This document shows positions 60,423 through 64,000 of a DNA stretch of 64,000 bases, in pieces. The notes below the pieces were generated by a model that saw only the letters and a list, made by a program, of their open reading frames with translations, searched no databases and was not told where the DNA came from. Position 1 is the stretch's first letter; each line of letters opens with the position of its first letter. Origin of the DNA: an uncultured Chloroflexia bacterium (GTDB lineage: Bacteria; Chloroflexota; Anaerolineae; Anaerolineales; UBA4823); NCBI GenBank assembly GCA_963822175.1, contig CAWGGJ010000009.1, positions 80,795 through 144,794 on the forward strand, read 5' to 3'. The position numbers were made by a program, and so were the translations under genes.

Positions 60423-61952
60423 TCACTCTTCCCGCGAGCGCAGATGCGGGAACAGGATGACCTCGCGAATGTTGGGGTGGTCGGTGAGGAGCATGATCAG
60501 ACGATCGATGCCCATGCCGAAGCCGCCATTGGGGGGCATGCCATAGCGCATAGCCCGCAGATAGTCCTCATCCATGGGGTGGTGTTCTTCGTCATCAGCC
60601 TCGTAATCGCGGCCCATTTCCAGGAAGCGTTTCTCCTGGTCGAGCGGGTCATTTAGCTCGGTAAATGCATTGCACAGTTCCATTCCCGCCACGTAGCCCT
60701 CGAAACGCTCCACGGTTAATGGATCACCCGGTTTGCTCTTGGCCAGAGGTGATAAATCGCGCGGATAATCATACAGGAAGGTTGGCTGAATGAGGGTAGG
60801 CTCGAGGTATTCAGACAACAGTTGATCGATCAGCTTGCCGCGCGTTTCACCGGGTTTGGTTTCGATCCCGTGTTCCCTCATTACCGCTTCAAGGGTATCG
60901 GCAGTCGGATAAGCAGCGATATCGATCCCCGACGTATTGAGTATGCCCTGGCGGAGCTCCAAGCGCGGCCACGGGATTTCGAAGCTGAGCTCATGGCCAT
61001 TGTAGGTTACCTTCCGCTGACCCAAGACACGATCGCAAACAAAGGCAAGCATCTGCTCAGTCATCTCCATGACCTGGAGATAATCAGCATAGGCACAGTA
61101 GAACTCCAACTGGGTAAACTCAGGGTTGTGTTTGAAGGAGACACCCTCATTGCGAAAATCACGTCCAAGCTCATACACACGCTCGATGCCACCCACCAAC
61201 AGGCGTTTGAGATACAGCTCAAAGGAGATACGCAGGTAGAGGTCCTGGTGCAGCTGGTTGTGATGGGTGATAAATGGTTTGGCAGCCGCCCCGCCATAGA
61301 TGGGCTGAAGGATGGGGGTTTCCACTTCCAAAAAGCCCTGTCCATCCAGGAAACTGCGCAGGGCTGTCACGATGGCTGACCGGCTCTGGAAGATCTGGCG
61401 GATTTCCGGGTTTACCGCTAGGTCGGCATAACGCTGGCGGTAGCGAGTTTCTGGGTCTGCCAGCAGGGCATAGCGGACGATCTCTCCATCCACAACTACA
61501 TCCTTGGCGGCAGGCAACGGGGTGATGGCTTTGGCAAGCATTTGGAAGGATTCCACTTGCAGCGATATCTCACCTGAACGCGTGCGGAACACCCCACCAC
61601 TGGCCTGGATGAAGTCACCCAGGTCAAACTCGCGGTTGAAAAGGTCGAGCTGCTCCTGGCCAATGTCATTGGCCCGCAAGAAGAGTTGGATGCGCCCTTC
61701 GCCATCCTCTATGTGAGCGAAGGTGATCTTGCCCATTGGGCGGATGGAACGCAGCCTGCCTGCCAGGGCTGCCTTCACAGGCTGTGGCTGCTCGCCTTGA
61801 GCAGCAGCTTCTGCAGCCTCGAAGAGGCGGCTGGCTGACTGGCTGGTGTGAGTGCGGACGGTGCGTGTGGGGAAAGGCTCGATCCCATTGGCGCGCAAGC
61901 GCTCCAATTTTTCCAAACGGTTCATTTCAAGGCTGGTAAGCTCATTCATCAT
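60423..61952 (-). CDS. lysS: Lysine--tRNA ligase (class II)
   Basis: RYRQRY.DL, FLEVETP, FRNEG, HNPEF, GMPPNGGFGMGIDR. Confidence 0.97.
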   Translation of the reverse strand: MMNELTSLEMNRLEKLERLRANGIEPFPTRTVRTHTSQSASRLFEAAEAAAQGEQPQPVKAALAGRLRSIRPMGKITFAHIEDGEGRIQLFLRANDIGQEQLDLFNREFDLGDFIQASGGVFRTRSGEISLQVESFQMLAKAITPLPAAKDVVVDGEIVRYALLADPETRYRQRYADLAVNPEIRQIFQSRSAIVTALRSFLDGQGFLEVETPILQPIYGGAAAKPFITHHNQLHQDLYLRISFELYLKRLLVGGIERVYELGRDFRNEGVSFKHNPEFTQLEFYCAYADYLQVMEMTEQMLAFVCDRVLGQRKVTYNGHELSFEIPWPRLELRQGILNTSGIDIAAYPTADTLEAVMREHGIETKPGETRGKLIDQLLSEYLEPTLIQPTFLYDYPRDLSPLAKSKPGDPLTVERFEGYVAGMELCNAFTELNDPLDQEKRFLEMGRDYEADDEEHHPMDEDYLRAMRYGMPPNGGFGMGIDRLIMLLTDHPNIREVILFPHLRSREE

Positions 61953-62050
61953 GTTATCGCTCCACATACTGTTGACGATTGTTTAAGAGGCAATTAAGCA
62001 AAAACCCCGCGCAAGGGATCCATGCGCGGGGCTGGAAATTAGCCCCTTTA

Positions 62051-62512
62051 TTACTCCACCTTCAAGAGACTGACGGTGAAGGAACCACCCGGAGCATCAA
62101 CGCGTACTACATCACCGGGGTGATGCTCCATCAATGCACGCCCCAGGGGTGATTCGTTTGAGATACGCCCATCGCGGGGGGAAGCCTCAGCAGGTCCCAC
62201 GATGGTATAGACTTCTTCAGGGTTGTTCCCTTCCCGAATGGTAACAGTTGAACCGACCTGGACATGGTCTTCCTTGGCAGTCTCTTCGATGACGCGCGCA
62301 TTCGCCAGAAGTATTTCAAGCTCCTGGATGCGCCCTTCGACGAAAGCCTGTTCGTTCTTGGCTGCTTCGTATTCAGCGTCTTCAATTAGCTCTCCGCCTT
62401 CCATTGCCTCATGCAAACGTTCGGCAACTTCATGGCGTTTTACTGTTCGCAAGTATTCCAGTTCTTCCTGCAGCTTCTGAAATCCTTGCTTGGTCAAGAA
62501 TGAGGGAGGCAT
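62051..62512 (-). CDS. greA: Transcription elongation factor GreA
   Basis: LQEELEYL, EDAEYEAAKNEQ, ISNESPLGRAL. Confidence 0.95.
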   Translation of the reverse strand: MPPSFLTKQGFQKLQEELEYLRTVKRHEVAERLHEAMEGGELIEDAEYEAAKNEQAFVEGRIQELEILLANARVIEETAKEDHVQVGSTVTIREGNNPEEVYTIVGPAEASPRDGRISNESPLGRALMEHHPGDVVRVDAPGGSFTVSLLKVE

Positions 62513-62661
62513 CTTCCTATCCTGTCTATAAAGATGAAAGAACCACTCCTCAAGAGCGATTCTTTACATTAATTTGGGAAGCTGGTGCTAAACCGGGGCT
62601 ACCCCTTATGAAAAGTGTGCGGTATGTGGGGAAAAAGCTTTCCCTACTACCGCGCGGCGTG

Positions 62662-62690
62662 ATTTTAGCACATAACCCATGGAAACGCAA
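62662..62690 (-). promoter_or_regulatory. Probable sigma70-type promoter of greA-lysS
   Basis: TTGCGT-17 nt-TAAAAT with extended TG on the minus strand. Confidence 0.6.
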
Positions 62691-62799
62691 GACAAAACCA
62701 ACGAGTTTTAATTTGTATCGGAGCCCATCGCTTGCAAGATACCTTGATTGCTATTTTATTCACTTAATGTTATCATCAACCCTCGTTAGGTTTTCAAAC

Positions 62800-63333
62800 A
62801 TGAATTCTGACCCATTTGCCAGATCTCGGTTGCGCAAGGTATTAATTATTGTGATTCTCGCCACCATCCCTTGTTACTGCGCCGGTATTGTTGCTGTTCT
62901 TCTGGCGCCAGGAAAAACCGGGCAAACCTCCACTACACCTACGCTTACTTCTTCCTTCACGCCGGTTGTATTTGCCACTCAAACACCCACAGTCACCTTT
63001 ACATACCTGCCACCTACAGGTTCCACTACCCCGAGTCAAACACCAACGATTACTCCAACGGTAACGATAACTGGTACCCCCACCATTTCTCAAACTCCCA
63101 CAATCAGCACAACCCCATCACCCTCGAATACACCTTTCATTCCACCCACATTTACCAGAACATCTCCTCCTACTTCTACCCGGACAGCTCCCCCTACATC
63201 TACCCAGACTCCTCCCCCCACTTCTACCTCAACGCCTCTACCAACAACCACGGACACTCCAACACACACCCCCACACCAACAGATACCGAGACTTCCACC
63301 CCATCTCCCGCAGCACCCATAAATCACCCCTGA
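62800..63333 (+). CDS. Membrane-anchored Thr/Pro-rich low-complexity protein
   Basis: One helix (IPCYCAG) followed by about 135 aa of T/P/S repeats. Confidence 0.7.
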   Translation: MNSDPFARSRLRKVLIIVILATIPCYCAGIVAVLLAPGKTGQTSTTPTLTSSFTPVVFATQTPTVTFTYLPPTGSTTPSQTPTITPTVTITGTPTISQTPTISTTPSPSNTPFIPPTFTRTSPPTSTRTAPPTSTQTPPPTSTSTPLPTTTDTPTHTPTPTDTETSTPSPAAPINHP

Positions 63334-63373
63334 TTTTTATATTAAACCTACCTAAACCACCCCTAATTAAAAT

Positions 63374-64000
63374 ATGAAAGAACTTCTTCCTTTATTAAAA
63401 GAAATGATCTCTGCGCCAGGTATATCTGGCGATGAATCCAGGATTCGCCCCATCATTGAGCAAGCATGGGAACCGATCACCGATACGATGAGCGTCAGTC
63501 GGTTGGGTAGTCTGCATGGTTATCAGCAGGGAACTGGGCCTGAGCCGCGCCCAAGCATCCTGGTGGCTGCGCATATGGATGCCATCGGCCTGATGGTGAA
63601 TGCTATTGTCGATGGATTCCTGACAGTTACCTCTATAGGAGGAATTGATACACGTGTCCTTCCAGGGCAAATGGTGACAGTACATGGTCGTCGTGATCTG
63701 CCCGGTATGATTGTTCCGACCCCCGTGCGCCTGTTACCTGCCAGTGCGCAAAACGGGGTTGTGCCTCAGGAATACCTCCTCGTGGATCTCGGTTTGTTAC
63801 CGGAAGAGGTGACAAGGCTGGTGCGTGTGGGCGACCCAATTTCTTTTGCCCAACCTCCCATTGAGACGGGTGGAGAAACCCTGGTTGGTCACACTCTGGA
63901 CAACCGGGCATCCGTTGCTGCACTGACCCACTGCCTGGAGATATTGCACTCACGTCCGCATGTTTGGGATGTGTGGGCAGTGGCTACCGTGCAGGAGGAA
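63374..64000 (+). CDS. M42 family metallopeptidase (partial, runs off the window)
   Basis: Read from the DNA: APGISGDE, AAHMDAIGLMV, IGGID, LDNRAS, ATVQEE. Confidence 0.9.
   Translation, partial: MKELLPLLKEMISAPGISGDESRIRPIIEQAWEPITDTMSVSRLGSLHGYQQGTGPEPRPSILVAAHMDAIGLMVNAIVDGFLTVTSIGGIDTRVLPGQMVTVHGRRDLPGMIVPTPVRLLPASAQNGVVPQEYLLVDLGLLPEEVTRLVRVGDPISFAQPPIETGGETLVGHTLDNRASVAALTHCLEILHSRPHVWDVWAVATVQEE

Noticed and set aside
62404-62799. N-terminal extension of the Thr/Pro-rich ORF, and alternative-frame ORF 62871..63377
   Set aside because: The extension overlaps greA and its promoter; the alternative frame is an artefact of low-complexity sequence.
1-64000. CRISPR array, cas genes, rRNA, prophage or integrase
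   Set aside because: No regularly spaced repeats or diagnostic motifs were seen by eye.

Overview
A 64 kb bacterial chromosomal window, most likely from an Anaerolineae-type Chloroflexota. This is inferred from Pro/Thr-rich lipoprotein linkers, a C-terminal YLPLV(F)K motif and the gene neighbourhoods; it is not proven. From left to right: (1) 1-4.3 kb is an AT-richer, decaying accessory region at the 3' side of tRNA-Leu(CAA), with pseudogenes, a J-domain gene, a frameshifted IS30 and an SMI1/KNR4 gene. (2) 4.5-44.5 kb is mostly core: ychF, M3B oligoendopeptidase, ssb, guaA-xpt, maf-PBP-rsgA, an ECF sigma factor, a peptide ABC system with two binding proteins, tRNA-Gln-glmU-CNNM-cdd, and a nucleoside BMP ABC system. 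(3) 45-49.6 kb is a large secreted S8 protease with a recent 582-bp internal duplication. (4) 49.7-60.3 kb is a minus-strand cassette headed by a MalT-like STAND/LuxR regulator, containing two copies of a 42-bp promoter/operator that precede lipoprotein, amidohydrolase, CPBP and S41 protease genes. (5) The window ends with lysS, greA and a partial M42 peptidase. The best candidates for undescribed biology are the STAND-regulator cassette with its duplicated palindromic operator, start-less Shine-Dalgarno elements about 90-130 nt upstream of exported-protein genes, and a possible greA leader attenuator. Several genes carry single-base homopolymer frameshifts that may be assembly errors. No CRISPR array, rRNA or integrase was seen.
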